Source: Lytechinus pictus (Eukaryota). Taken from it: a stretch of DNA of 64,000 nucleotides. Location of the stretch: NCBI RefSeq assembly GCF_037042905.1, contig NC_087250.1, positions 25,484,001-25,548,000 on the forward strand, read 5' to 3'. The notes under the pieces are model-generated. The model had not been told where the DNA came from. It did no database searches and saw nothing but the letters and a program-made list of their open reading frames with translations. Position 1 is the stretch's first letter. Every line of letters starts with the position of its first letter. Shown here in pieces: positions 26,934 through 40,200 of the stretch. Position numbers and translations under genes: made by a program.

Positions 26934-27436
26934 ATAACCAAATGCCATCTGTCTCCTGAGATGACGACGAGAGTGTGGTCCTGTCTGAGATCGTTCACCT
27001 CACTGAACCATCTCAACATCTCAGACTCATCTATCAGTTTCTCCTCATCTCCTCCTGAGCTACCATCCATCACAGATATATCAACTAAGAGAGTGACGTC
27101 ACAATGCTATGAAAGGTTAATCTCATCACTCCCTGCTTTGGTATATATCGATATCATTATCGATGAGGCAGAGGGAGACATAGCCGATATCACGGCTGGT
27201 CTTCGTCGGACTGGAGGACGGAAGCTCACACGCATTGACCTTCACACTCCGTACTCACTCCCATCAGAGAAGAAGACCGTTTCAAGCAAGACAATGAGAG
27301 GACTGGGTCTGCTCATCAAGGAACATACCAAGAACCTGGAGTATCTCATTCTGAAAAGGGTGAAGTGCACAGACGAGGATGACTTGGTTTATCTCATTGA
27401 ATGCTGCAGACATGTGAAGACGATGGAGCGCGTAAT
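26934..27436 (+). CDS. NLR coding exon 5: LRR-like module B (paralog of exon 3)
   Basis: Acceptor TTTTTTCTTCAG| at 26933 (phase 0). Shares ISDSSI, SPPELPSI, VTSQCY, VYID and LRRTGG with exon 3. Donor AT|GTAGGT (phase 2). Confidence 0.8.
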
Positions 27437-28169
27437 GTAGGTTCTAGCTTTAAACATTATTTTTTATTATAACTAACACACATCAATCAAAATCAGTAGT
27501 TTGATTCACAAACAGTGTTCATAATACAGTACATTTTATTTTTATGTTATTGTATTAAGGTGTCAATCCAAAGCAGTTGCTCTATTCATGTAGTATGTGT
27601 ATAGGTTATTGTATGATAATTTTTGGATGTATTGAGAGAACAAAATCTAGCATTGATTATCATTATCAGTCAGATTATCATTATCTTAATCCTATGTATC
27701 CTCTGTTAGAATTATTATTGAAAATAATATGTTACATCCGTAAGCACGTTAACATTACAATAAGTCCCTCAGTAACTAATTAGCACCAGGGCTAACATTA
27801 CTACTACCCAAACTGTTAAAGCAATTGTATATTTCTTTTTTTTTATTAACATTAAAAACCACAAATGAAATGACAGATAAGAACCAGTTATCATTTCCAA
27901 ATTCAAACTCAGTATAAATATTGAATTTATTGAATGCGCTAACTCCAAATGGAATGATGTTTTAAACATTTTTGCATTATCAAGTATAAATTTTGATTTC
28001 TGAAGGGAAGAGTTAACAAAAAATCTTCCATCCAAACAAAACATTCCAATATTACCAGCATATCCACCTCAACCATACAGATATTCCTACAAGACACGCA
28101 CACATTCTGATACACACTTCCCATCTTATTTTGATTTCTTGCACCCATGGCTTTCTTTCATGAATATAG

Positions 28170-28269
28170 ACTCTGGACATGTGGGACGATGTCAAATGGT
28201 AAGGTGGCTTCTTACCTCGAGCGCATTTACGGTCAATCATCCAACGGTCTCTACGTGCGTGTTTCCCAT
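28170..28269 (+). CDS. NLR coding exon 6 (100 nt; LWTCGTMSNGKVASYLERIYGQSSNGLYVRVSH)
   Basis: Acceptor ATAG| at 28169 and strong donor CAT|GTAAGT; phase 2 to 0, open frame. Confidence 0.7.
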
Positions 28270-30885
28270 GTAAGTCACTGCTCTGTTTTTACACTGTGTC
28301 ATTGGAATATTACATTATTGACACTACTATCATTATTGATGGTAAAGTATGTACGTGTCAGGATAAATCAAAAGATAAGTGAAAGATTGAATTAATGCAA
28401 TTTGAAATCTAATGTGTAGTAGTAGCTCTTCTCTGATTCATAATTCATTCAACTCTTTTCAACGAAAATAATAGAATTTATGATAGATTCGTGAATTGTT
28501 TCTTAAAAAGTTTTTATGTGTGTCTTTGCCTAGGTTAGTTCTGTTTTAAACACGTTTTTGTTCTGTTTGCAACCGTTTGGGATTTGCCTTCGATATGACG
28601 AAGTTTGCACACATTTGTATTATCTGGATTTTGTGTGATCTTATGTATTTTATGCCTTTTATCACTGTAGTTGTATGGATTTTCGTATTATGCAATTGTG
28701 AAATAAATTGAATTGAAAACAGGCAAAACGCGTGATTTAATTTTACTTTAAATTCTCATCATACTCCGACGATGAGGAAATGAAGCATTTTTTATGAAGA
28801 AAACAAAAAGCACTCAGTAAATGCCGTGAGTGTGGAAGAAAAGATGTGATCGCGTTTTGATATATAATTTGCTATATATTTGATGTAAGAAAAAGTCAAA
28901 GAGAAAAGCGAGATAAAGGAAGGGAAAGGGAGAAAAGTCAGAATACGTAAATTTGGCTATTTCTTATCATAGTCGGTCAGCCCCATATATAAATATTCCC
29001 TTCATGCCAGTTAACGTTAAACCAATCCTATACCAGTAAAACGTAAGTACCAAGAGCTCTGTAATTAACATGAGGGAGAAAAATTGAATACATAACTAGA
29101 TCACAATTATGACTTGCAAATTGCATAATTATGTTTTTACGAACAGCAAACTTAAGGATGCTTGAATGGTGATCATGGTGATGGTATACATATTGCATTT
29201 TCTGTTTGAGTTTGTCACAACTATCGTTGTCTCACGATGGCTTTTACTGGGCAATCTACGATGCCAAGCATATAATTTCATAAGATGACTTTAAACAATA
29301 TAAATATATAAAACAAAAAAATAGCCCGTAGCGGCCTACGATGCCCCATAAAAAACTCAAATTGATACATCATGTGATGATCGTAGAAAATCTACATTAT
29401 AGGCAAGGACTACAACAGGCCATCGGTAAATAAACATTCGTTTGAATATAACTATGTAAATATAGTATTATATGAAACAAATATAATATTACCACTCGTT
29501 ACTTTTTTACATTGATTGTCATTTCCAGTGAGAAACAACAACTTTGGTATATTCGGGACATGTGCTGTTGTTTTCGTCTTAAAATTCAGACACTGTCAGC
29601 CAAAATACTTTTCAAAATCCTTTCTTTCTCTTTTTCACTCCTGTGAAAATTACTCAGAAAATTACATAACCCCAACGAATGACATGATTATTAAAGATTT
29701 TTAATCATGACAAGGATTATGTCATTTATTTTGTTATATTATATAAGACATTGATAATTCCTGATTTGTTTTATTGTTTTCGGGCATGGAGCGCACGAGT
29801 TCTTACCTGTCTTATTTCTATTAGCTAACCAAATACCAAAACTAATCACCGCAGAAAAATGCAGTCCAAACTTATTTTTTTACTTTGTAAATGAGAAAAA
29901 ATTAGCAACATTACAAAACGAAAGACGTTCCTTTACCTCTTTGGGAAGAAAATAGGAAAAAAAAGGCACAGTTGAAATAATACAGAACAAAAAAGCAAGT
30001 CCCTCCTTAGACAAACATCAATAATTTCTGAACCACTGATTGAGCTCGATATATTTTTACATGTCGCGTGTAGGTAATTTTATAAGCTACCATCTGAGTG
30101 AATGTTACGGATGTACTTTATGTCATGCTTTAGCATGTTTAGTAGCACTGCCAGGAGGCAAAATTGTCACTTTTTAAAAGTCACAAGCCAAATATCATGA
30201 ATTTGATTCAATTTTATCAGAACTAATTCTACATTCTCATCACGAAAAATCGTCAGAAGGCTTGAAAAGGGTACTCCCTAAAAGACGGTACAACTTTATG
30301 CTAAATTCCATGGTTGAATAAACACAAGTCAAGATTTGCTATAATTTGATTCTTTTTTACACATTTCTATCGATAAAAATGATCGAATATGAACAAGTAT
30401 TGTTTCATTTTTGAAACTGAAATTATCTTATCAACTTCCTTTCGTTATGTTAATGACAAATTAATTTGCTTCAATGATTCAAAGGTGTTTTATCAAACAT
30501 TCCCGCTTGAATAAACATGTGGGATATGAATAGCTCATTTTTTGCGTTATTGGAAATAAATGTAATTGCTTACTATGGATATCTGTCACAAACCTTCTTG
30601 CATAGTTCATATGATATGATTTTTATGGGAAATCCCTGTGCCTTTGCTAATGTGAGAAAGTTCAAGGCCTTGTTCCCACTCTGCGAGGTATCAACTATTA
30701 TTTTAGTGTGCGCACCTTTTGTATAGCGTCACTCTGAACCATGTGCGAAGTTTCCTGAAAAAAATCTTTTGACAGAAGAAACAAAATCAGTCCATGAAAC
30801 AAACTCTTATTTCACCTTTGTTAAAATGTTGGTTTCCTCTGTCATAGACCTTGTGTACACTATTGGTGCATATGTTCAAGAATAT

Positions 30886-31640
30886 GAATTGAATTGAATT
30901 GAATTTATTAGAACTTCACTGGCAGTTGCCAATATTTTGTTCGAAACAAAAAAAAATGATACAATACACATATACAATGCAAGGAATATAAGCAAATAAA
31001 TAAAAACAAAATAGTACTTTGTAAAAAAAAAAAAAAAAAAAAAAGAGCGACAACTTATATATACAAATATACACAATAAACATAGGAATCATTTGGATAG
31101 ATAATTGACAATGGATATAAAGACTGATATCCAAGAAAAGATAAAGAAACATAAATAAAGTGAGAGAGGAGAGGGAAATATAGAGGAAAGAAGTTCGAAA
31201 ATGGAGAGAGCGGGAAAGAGGAAGAAAGAGAAGAATGGCATTACATGTAAACTCATTGTGTAAGAATATGTAACCCCTCATTTAATATGGTGGAACCCTC
31301 TTTCAAAGCTGTCTTTATCAGTGTCATTTGAAAGTAATGTTTATCAACCTATGGGCAGAATTATGTGCAAAAATGAAATTGATTTGTTTATTAATGGATG
31401 ATGAGCACGCATCAAAAAGGAAATAAATGATTTTCAATGTCACAGAGTTATTCCAAGGGGTTATAAAATGAATAAGAGGAAAATTTCTTTCCAAATGTGA
31501 CCTAATTGGTGTTGGTTTATCATCCATCATAATTATCACCACACACTTTCTGAAGTTTTTACATTTTCACGGTTGAACGAGCACACTTGAAAACATAGTA
31601 ATGAATACTCTTTATGTTGCATAAAATAAATTCATTCCTT
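30886..31640 (-). mobile_element. 3' fragment of a CR1/L2-type LINE
   Basis: (ATTCA)n tail at about 30886-30905 on the - strand preceded by AATAAA; upstream remnant ORF 31324..31542 (..PLIHFITPWN..) resembles an ORF2 C-terminus. Boundaries approximate. Confidence 0.45.
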
Positions 31641-33948
31641 TCCTAACAATTTATCAGGATCAGTAGAATTTATGGACAAATCAGTGGTGGATTCAGAATT
31701 CGAAAATGGGGAAGAGCCGAGATATTGGGGGAGGGGAGCCACTAACACTTTCAATTTTAACATGTATTTTTTTAAGTTATAGAGGATACTACCATAAAAC
31801 CATGTGATGATGTGTCACAAAAAATTGCTCCCTCACCATGAACAGTCGCTATCGAAATTTTGTGTGGAGTGGCTAAATGTTACATCATTAGCACCATAAA
31901 ACTCACCACAAAATAAAAACATTCTCCCAACTTTGTATTTAACAATCTGATAAACTACTATTGTGACTTTAAAAAATGTCATTTTTAGAAAACCACCTAC
32001 GAAATAGAAAACCACCTGTGAAATATTATATCTCATAATTATGTCCATTCAAAGGTTACAGCATTTTGATTTAGGAGGGACTCAGTTTTCTACTTTAATT
32101 CCAATTTTTAGAAACGAAATCGAAGAATAAACCCCAGAAACGACCTTTAAGGTATTAGTCTGCAAGCACAGACCCCGATCTCTCTTGTCTGCGTGAAATG
32201 AGAGTAGAGCCAGTCACAGAACTTATTGTATTTAGTATAACTGCTTCAGACTCTGCATTTTGCACTCTGCATAAAAAGAACAAGTGTCTGTGCCTGTGGA
32301 TCATTTAAGTTCTTCCACTTCAATACAAGAAGAATTGAAGAATCAAAAGCTAAAATGAAAATAAAAGTTTCGTTTTCTTTAGATTTTCCCCTGTCATCGT
32401 TCCATGAAAAATAAAAAGATAAAATCGAAACCAAAATAACAAAAGGAAGCAATTATTGACCTATTTTCCCCAATATTTTATATTTCACTTTTCAATTTTT
32501 ACTTTAAAAAAAGATTTATCTGATCGTATAATCATATTGCTAATTAAAATACTATGAAGAGCAATATAGTAATAACCGGCAGACGAATAAAAGGATGCAG
32601 ACAAAATGAAGAAATATTAAACAAATTATTAGCGATATAGGGGCGGTGGAAAGTGAGATAAAGAGGGGCATGGACAGGGGACTGGGAATGACTTTTGATG
32701 GGCTGAATAGGAAAAAACAAGTAATTTAAAAGAAGAAACATCGACATTTTGCTGCATACAAAAATGATTGTTTTTTTTTATGGGTAGGGGGTGTTGCCTA
32801 TGGTGTATAATATACGCAGCACCCTCCCCCCCCCCCCAGAAAAAAATATAAGTAAATAAATAGAATGAATAAATCTTTGTGTGCTTCAGCACCCCTAGCA
32901 CCTCCGCTTCCCAGTGCTATGTACATGGGCTCCGAATATAAAGAGTATTTCAATGAAAAGAAGGAGGCGGGAATAAAAAAAGCTATATTCTTTACATATC
33001 CGCGATATTTGGTTAAAAATAACGGCAAACTGCGAGGTTTAAATGGCCTTGATATCAAAAGGTTCCGGGGGCTCCGCCCGGAACCCAACCGCATAGCACT
33101 GTCGTATATGAGTATGGTAGGGTTCTACAACCAAGAACAAAAAGAAAACAAAAAAAACAAGGAAGGAAGGAAAGCAAAGCAAAGGGAAAATGTAAGATAT
33201 GATTTTTTTTTACTGAATTTAATATCAACACATATTTTAAAGTTAGAATTCTTATTTTTTTCTCGCTTGCTTCGCTCGCTCGGCTTTTTTAGCACATGCG
33301 CATACTGCGCCCCTCATTTTTTTTTTTACTCTTCACGCTACTGCCGCAAAGAATCCTGTTCAAAGTGGCGCACAGACCACAAAAAAGGAATGGAAAGAGA
33401 GAAGGTGATACAATATTCGCCTATATTACTAATATGTGTAGGGGCCAGGCTCGACTAGCACTTGTGCTTTTTTCTGGTCCCTTTTATCAGCTCTTAACAT
33501 ATACATGTATGTTTCATTTCTGTAATATTTATATGCATGACATAATAATGTAATATGTAAACATCTGTAAATATGTTGTTATCGTTGGTGAATAAAATAA
33601 AATAAAATCAAATCAAATCAAATCAAATTATTATTCTTTTTTGTATTATAAATATCCAATTTTTTCCAACTTTATTTTTTAAAGATAAAATCTGCGCGAT
33701 ACGCAATATCTGGCCCTCTCAAAAATGTCGCCCCATTACACCATAACGAATATTCATACCATGATATGACCGGAAAATTTTTGGTTCTTGCCCTCCCTGG
33801 CCACCGACCCCTGTTACGCCGCAGGCTATGCGACGTTTTGACTGACCGCGATTTCAATGCGCGGGGTTAGTCAAACCATCGTATCGGCACTAACATACTA
33901 AGCACTGCATTGACTTTGTGCGTAAAAGTAATACGAGATTTTGACTGA

Positions 33949-34202
33949 TCGCGCGCATTGAAATCGCGGTAAAAGTCAAAACTTCGTATCGCTTTTTCCC
34001 TATGGCCTTTTTGTACAACCGAAATTAGCATGTAGCTTTTTTGCGATATTTTCTCGAATCCTATAGTTTTTCTTAATCGCGCGCATTGAAATCGCGGTAA
34101 GTCAAAACCTCGTATTGCTTTTTTCCTATGGCCTTTTTGTACAACCGAAATTAGCATGTAGCTTTTTTGCGATATTTTCTCTAATCCTATAGTTTTTCTT
34201 AA
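33949..34202. repeat. Two tandem copies of an approximately 125-bp unit inside an unclassified element
   Basis: TCGCGCGCATTGAAATCGCGGTAA...CCTATAGTTTTTCTTAA occurs twice. An inverted CCGCGATTTCAATGCGCG lies at about 33846, and a hairpin ACCGTCGTAT-GTGTG-ATACGACGGT at about 34343-34367. Confidence 0.8.
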
Positions 34203-34555
34203 TAATAAAGATACCAATGTCAAGCAATTTTCTTGGTCTTTTTAACCATGTATTTTTAGCAATGAATATGTTGTAAGGCTCGGGAATTAAGTGTGAAAAT
34301 TATAGTAAATTTTAAGGTCGATTTTCTCTGAAATTGGTTAGCACCGTCGTATGTGTGATACGACGGTTCGGATGACTGCCGACGAATTATCAAAACCAAT
34401 GCACTTAAGAAAATTACTCTCCGTCATTGTTAAGGTAAAATATGTATTCAATATGTGACACTTTTTCTTTGTTGTTTAATTACTAGATAATGTGTTATCA
34501 ATTCTAAATGTTGGATATCTCAGTGGCATTTATATTGTTTTCTGTCTTGTTTTAG

Positions 34556-34603
34556 GGTGGTGGAGAGTCTTTAGACGCATATGTACCTCGTTTCCCACAA
34601 TGA
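34556..34603 (+). CDS. NLR predicted terminal coding exon (GGGESLDAYVPRFPQ*)
   Basis: Strong acceptor TTGTTTTCTGTCTTGTTTTAG| at 34555, phase 0, TGA at 34601-34603. Chosen on splice signal and phase only. Confidence 0.5.
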   Translation, partial: GGGESLDAYVPRFPQ

Positions 34604-35088
34604 TTGAACGATGAGCATGATGAGAGTAAAGCTGACTCCTACGTGTGCTATAAGCATCTAATGCGAACGATTTTATCGTACCACGCTATGGAATGGATTA
34701 GTCGAGAAGAACACAAGAACCCGTATGGTGAAGTAACACTGCTCTGTTCCACACCGGACCTTGAATATTATGCTTATATTGAAGCTTGTAAATATAATAG
34801 GTATACGATATACATGTAATATTTATTTATTTATTCACGTTTTATTTATAACAAACTGATAAAATAAGGTGGACGGTAGTTCGGTTCAGTTATAAAACGA
34901 AGCCCTTCCCCTTTACAAACATAAAATAGAACGTAAACATGATAATGTATACATAAATACAAGTGAAAATTAACATAAAAATTCATTCATATATCATATT
35001 TTCAAACAGGTAGTCAGTAATTTATGTAAGGCACATGGCTTTGGAATGGAGTGGTCTGAATCCAGATTGACGTTCCGATAATAAACTA

Positions 35089-36874
35089 CAGTAAGTCCCA
35101 AAATAACTATACACTTTTAAAATGGCGCCAAATAAAAAAATGTAGCACTTTGGGGGAAAAGACTTATAGATATGGAAAGGCAATAAAGTCAACTTTCAAA
35201 TGACACCAAAAAGTTGGAAAAACTATTCATGCTTGAGCGAGCCCTGCCCACTGAAACAAAGGATATGAAAATTAGGGTGGGCCGGAATTAGCCTTCCAAT
35301 TTCTTTCATAGGGTTTTTTGTTTTGTTTGGTACTTGCAAAGTTGAGGGTTATTTGGTGAATTAAAGATCAGTTGTGATTAGTTTGTTGTTTGTGAAAATT
35401 TAATGCGTTATTAAATTAAAATGTAATGCATGAGTGATCATGAATTGCAATTTATAGTGCAGCATTTTGTCTTTATCAAGTGGATCTAAACAATGTGTTT
35501 ATGAGAGTCAGGAGAAGAGGGGTAATAGCTCTATGATAGGACTTAGGAAGGTGAAGTACGTTGATGGGATAAAGGTCAACAGAACATTTAGCAACCCCTC
35601 TCTCCATCTCAACCCCCCCCCCCGCTTCTCTCCTCATGAGAGATTAAGCTCGGCTAGGCTGGGCAGGAATTAGCCTTACAGTTTTTTTAGTGGTTAGCCC
35701 TTTGGAACTTACAAAGCTAAGGGTGTTAAGCTAATGAGTGAGATAAGTTTGTGTTTCTTAGGTAAATTTCCACGAGTTACTAAATTGAAATTTAATGCAT
35801 GAGTGACCAGGAATTGTAATTTTAGTGTAACATATTCATCTTGTGGACCTCAGAAGTGTGTTCGTGAGAGTCAGAGTAATGTGATGGTACCTGTTACAAG
35901 CAAGAGGGCGAGATATACTAAGACTTGGTTAAAAGGACATTCCTCTTCTTTTTGTCCTTTTACAAATTAAAAGTCATATGTACCTTCCCCTCTCCACCTC
36001 CATTTCCCACCCCCACCCCACTCCCACCCCCTCTCTCTCTCTCACTTCCTGGAGTGTAGCCTATTAAAAACTTAACTGCCAAGTGACCGGTGGCTGATGG
36101 TCAGTTTTTTTTATTGAATCATTACCAAGAAATGTAATGGTTATGATGATTAATGAAATAATTTATTGAAAAAAATGAATGTTTGATTGGTCATATTGTA
36201 CATTGAATGAGTTGATTTACTAATAAATTGTTGATTAAATGATTGATAGGAAAAAGTTGATGCCCCAATTCAGAATTTATCATTATAATCAAGATTCTGC
36301 TCTGGACTTCACGCGTTCATGACATAGCCATAAGTCTCTCAACAGGAGGGGAGGGCGGGAAAAAGGGAGGGGTGGGACTCAATGTTCTGTTGATCCTTAT
36401 TCTATCAACCTGCTTCTCCCACATATTTAAGTCCTATCTCACCCCCTATTCTCTCGACTCCCATGAACACATTGCTGAGATCCACATGATAAAGTTGAAA
36501 TGCTGCCCAAAAAGTATAATTTATGTTCACTAATGCATTAAAGTTCAATTTAATAATTTATTAAATTTGCTTTAGCAACCAAAACAGGTCACGGTTGATC
36601 ATTTATCACAACGCCCTTAACTTTGCAAGTTCAAAAGGATTTGCCTCTTAAAAACTGACATAAATTGGAAGGCTAATTCCATCCCACCCTAATTTTCACA
36701 CCCTTTGTTTCAGTGGGCAGTGCTCACTCAAGCATGAATAGTTTTCCAACTTGTTGATGTCACTTGAAAGTTGACTTTATTGGCTTTCCATATGTGTAAG
36801 TCTTTTTCCCCAAAGTGCTACAATTTTTAATTGGCAGCCATCTTGAAAGTGTATAGTTTTTTTTTGACGCACTG
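35089..36874. mobile_element. Tc1/mariner-type non-autonomous element with TIRs over 200 bp
   Basis: TA|CAGTAAGTCCCAAAATAACTATACACTTT ... AAAGTGTATAGTTTTTTTTTGACGCACTG|TA; arms share GTCAACTTTCAA and GGAATTAGCCTTCCAATTT. Confidence 0.8.
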
Positions 36875-37223
36875 TATTTTGGTTAAGATACGAATACAAT
36901 TGTTTGTGTACTGCTTTTTTCCCGATCGGGGAAAATATGGGTAAAATTTTGTTCGCCCCCCCTCTCTCTATTGGCGAAAGCTGGAACCGCCCCTGATATG
37001 TGAGGTGTTGTATGTCAAGTTGAAATTTTAATTGTTGGGGGTTGGAATTATGCTTGTTTGTAATTACAAAACTCTTTTTTTTTTATTGCTTCACGACTGC
37101 AGTGCACTGAAAACTAGATCCTTTATCATTAGGTTCTGGAGATGGCTATTCAAAACAATAATAATAAAGTGCGGAAATTTGCTTGTGTTAACTAATGGTT
37201 CTCTGGACATCATGCATTCTTTA

Positions 37224-40200
37224 TAGTCTGGTCTGTTAGCGAAATTATGTGGACACGGTGGACAAAAGCATGATTTTTTCTCCAGACCTTTGTTTATGTA
37301 TAAGAATTAAAAATGGGGTATGCTCCAAAAAATCTGGCTGCAGGAACAGTGAAAAAATGGGTGAAAATGTCAGAATTTATGAGTTTAGATTGGTCTGATA
37401 TATAGACTAGCGCTAGTGCAAAACTCAATAGCAGTGCATTATTTTGCATTTGTTTAGTTCTTGAATTCAGACCCTTTTTGAACAGATCTTCTGTTTGTCC
37501 TCACATCTCAATGCACTAAATATCTGAATGCAGATGCTAAACAAGCCGAAGGGTGGCGGTGGAGGGGGTTGAATGTTGGTGTGTATATACATATTTTGGT
37601 CTTGGGGTAAAGATGTGCAAGACACATTTTTTGCATGTGTTGGAAATTGTGTTGCCATGGTAACAGTGTATTATGGCAAAAATAAGGTACAAATCTTGCA
37701 ATTAGAACTACTTCCTCTGTTTTCATCCGATTCTCATGAAATTTGGCACACACATTGGTCTTGAGGTGAAGATGTCTAAGACACATTTTTGTGTCTTTCA
37801 GAAATCTTGTTGCCATGGTAACAACATATCATTTGGTGAAAATTTGTAAAAAAACTTACAATTCAAACTGCTTCATCAGTTTTCAATCAATTCTCACGAA
37901 ATTTAGCACACACATTGGTATTAAAGTGAAGATGTACAAGGCACATTTTTTGTGTGTTTCAGAAATTGTGTTGCCATGGTAACAACATATTACATGTCAA
38001 AATTTAGGTAAAAACCTTGCAATTTGAACTACTTCATCAGTTTTGAACCAATTCTCATGAAATATGGATGTAAAGATGTGCAAGAACCTCTTTTTTTCAT
38101 TTTTCAGAGAGTGCATTGCCTTGGTAACCACATATAGCCAGAAATGCGGGGAAAACTCATTAATTGTGGATCAATCTACTTCTCATTTTTCAGCCTGTGC
38201 TCATAAAAGTTGACACAGATATTCATTTTGGGTAAAGATTCATATTCAGTGTTAAAGGGGAATCCAGGCTTGGTCATAAAATGTTGTGTGGAAAAGGAGA
38301 CAAATAAGAATGGTGAAAGTTTGAAAGAAATCGGACAAGCAAAATAAAGTTATGGCTGCTTTAAAATTAAGATCCCTAAGGCTACTAGTATGCAGATTTC
38401 AAATTGGCAATGGGTAAGTAAATTATGACAAGGGGCGAGGCCGCAAGGACAACTTTCCAATTGGCCTTGTAATTAATTATCAGGATTTTTGGTTTTCTCC
38501 TAAATCCCTATTCCATTGGGCCTTAATATAAACCTGTTATAGTATAATGTTTCATGTCTGATGAAATAAAGATATAATTTGAAGTAAAACTTTTGAAAAA
38601 AGACATTTTAGTCAATTAATTATTCCTGTACATGGAAGAATGGTCCTTGCCTTACATCACTGACATCACATATGCTGCCAATTTGAAATCTTCATGGGTA
38701 TAGTGATTACCAATGTTTACAACTTTTATATATTCACGACTTTCTGATGGTTTGTCCGATATTGTTCAAACTTTGACCTATTGTCTGATTTTTCCTTTTC
38801 CTCTAAAAAACAAGTGTTTATTTGGGTTGCATTCTCCAACGTCATATACATGTAATAGTGCGGGGTAATCATGGTATAAATCACCTTCAATAATATTTAT
38901 AGGTTCTTTTTTTTGGGGGGGGGGCGGAAGAGGTCCTTAAAAACTGACAGCATAAAAATATAGAAGGTTAAAGGCCATGACCATTAGGAACTTAAACACT
39001 CATAAAGAAAGCACCCCTTACATTTTTTTTTTTTGGGGGGGGGGGGCTTTAGAAAATTGCCACATAAAGAGTAAAAGGAAATAATTACAACTAGGAACTT
39101 ACACTTCAGCGTATTAATTTAAAGCCTAAAACATTCTGGTTTGATAAAAGATCATTTCCGGTGCCCAATTAATCAACGTTTTATTTATCTTCTTCTACTC
39201 AGTCTTTGTTCATTTCAGTTCCTACTCTAACTTTCTCAGATCACTTTTTGCACTTTTGAGCTTTACCATATACCTTCTTGTTTTGTTTCCTCTCTCCCCC
39301 CTCTTTTTCTTCCTCTCTAAGTACATTTCTTTGCTATTTTAATTCATTATTATCTAGCAACAATTATTCCATTTTGAATGCTTACACCTTCACCGAAATA
39401 TAATACCATGACATTTATTTTTTTTCTTCATAATCTTTTAAACTCCATTTTGGCTACACTCTGTCCTGATTAAATTATAAGCAATATTTAATGAAGAAAT
39501 GACAGTCATGATATTATATTTTGGTAAAGGTGCATCAAATTCATATAGTTGCAGCATTCAGAATGGAATAACTGTTGCTGGAAAGAATGGATTTAGTGGT
39601 TTTCCGAAAATCCTCTGTGAAAATTTTAGTTTTATCACTGAGTTTTCCCATTCCTACAGTTACCACCATCTGAAAGGAATATGACTAGAATATAATTATA
39701 TGTAGAGAAATAAAAGTCATCATTTGCTCAATGAACAGCGAATAAGTTTGTCTTTACCCCAATGGAAATTTTTTTGCATTTTTTCATGACAGTCAGAGTT
39801 TGCATCCAACAATTTTGCTACTGAAACATAATATTCATTTTTTTACAATGGGAGATGTAGGATGTATAAAGTAGGGGCTGTCACAGAAATATACTGAAAA
39901 ATTAAATGAAAGAAAATAGAAGGCAAAAATTTATTGTGCACATATGTATATTTTTGATATGGTATATTATTGAGTCATGGATTTGCAATTGAATTCCTAA
40001 AACAAGTGCAGACATTTTTGTATATGTATATTTCTATAATTAGTTGCATGATTAAAGGTACACTTTATAATATGTAAGAAAAAATATGCTTGGAGAGAGA
40101 GAGAGTAAAAAAAAGGAGAGAGGAAACATAAGATGATATGGTGAAGCTCAAAATCAAGAGTGATGTGATAAAGTTAACAAGAAAGAGTAGGAATGGAATA

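Noticed and set aside
32865..33458. 197-aa ORF in an NLR intron
   Set aside because: Low-complexity sequence made of MITE-like fragments, with no recognisable domain or fitting splice sites.
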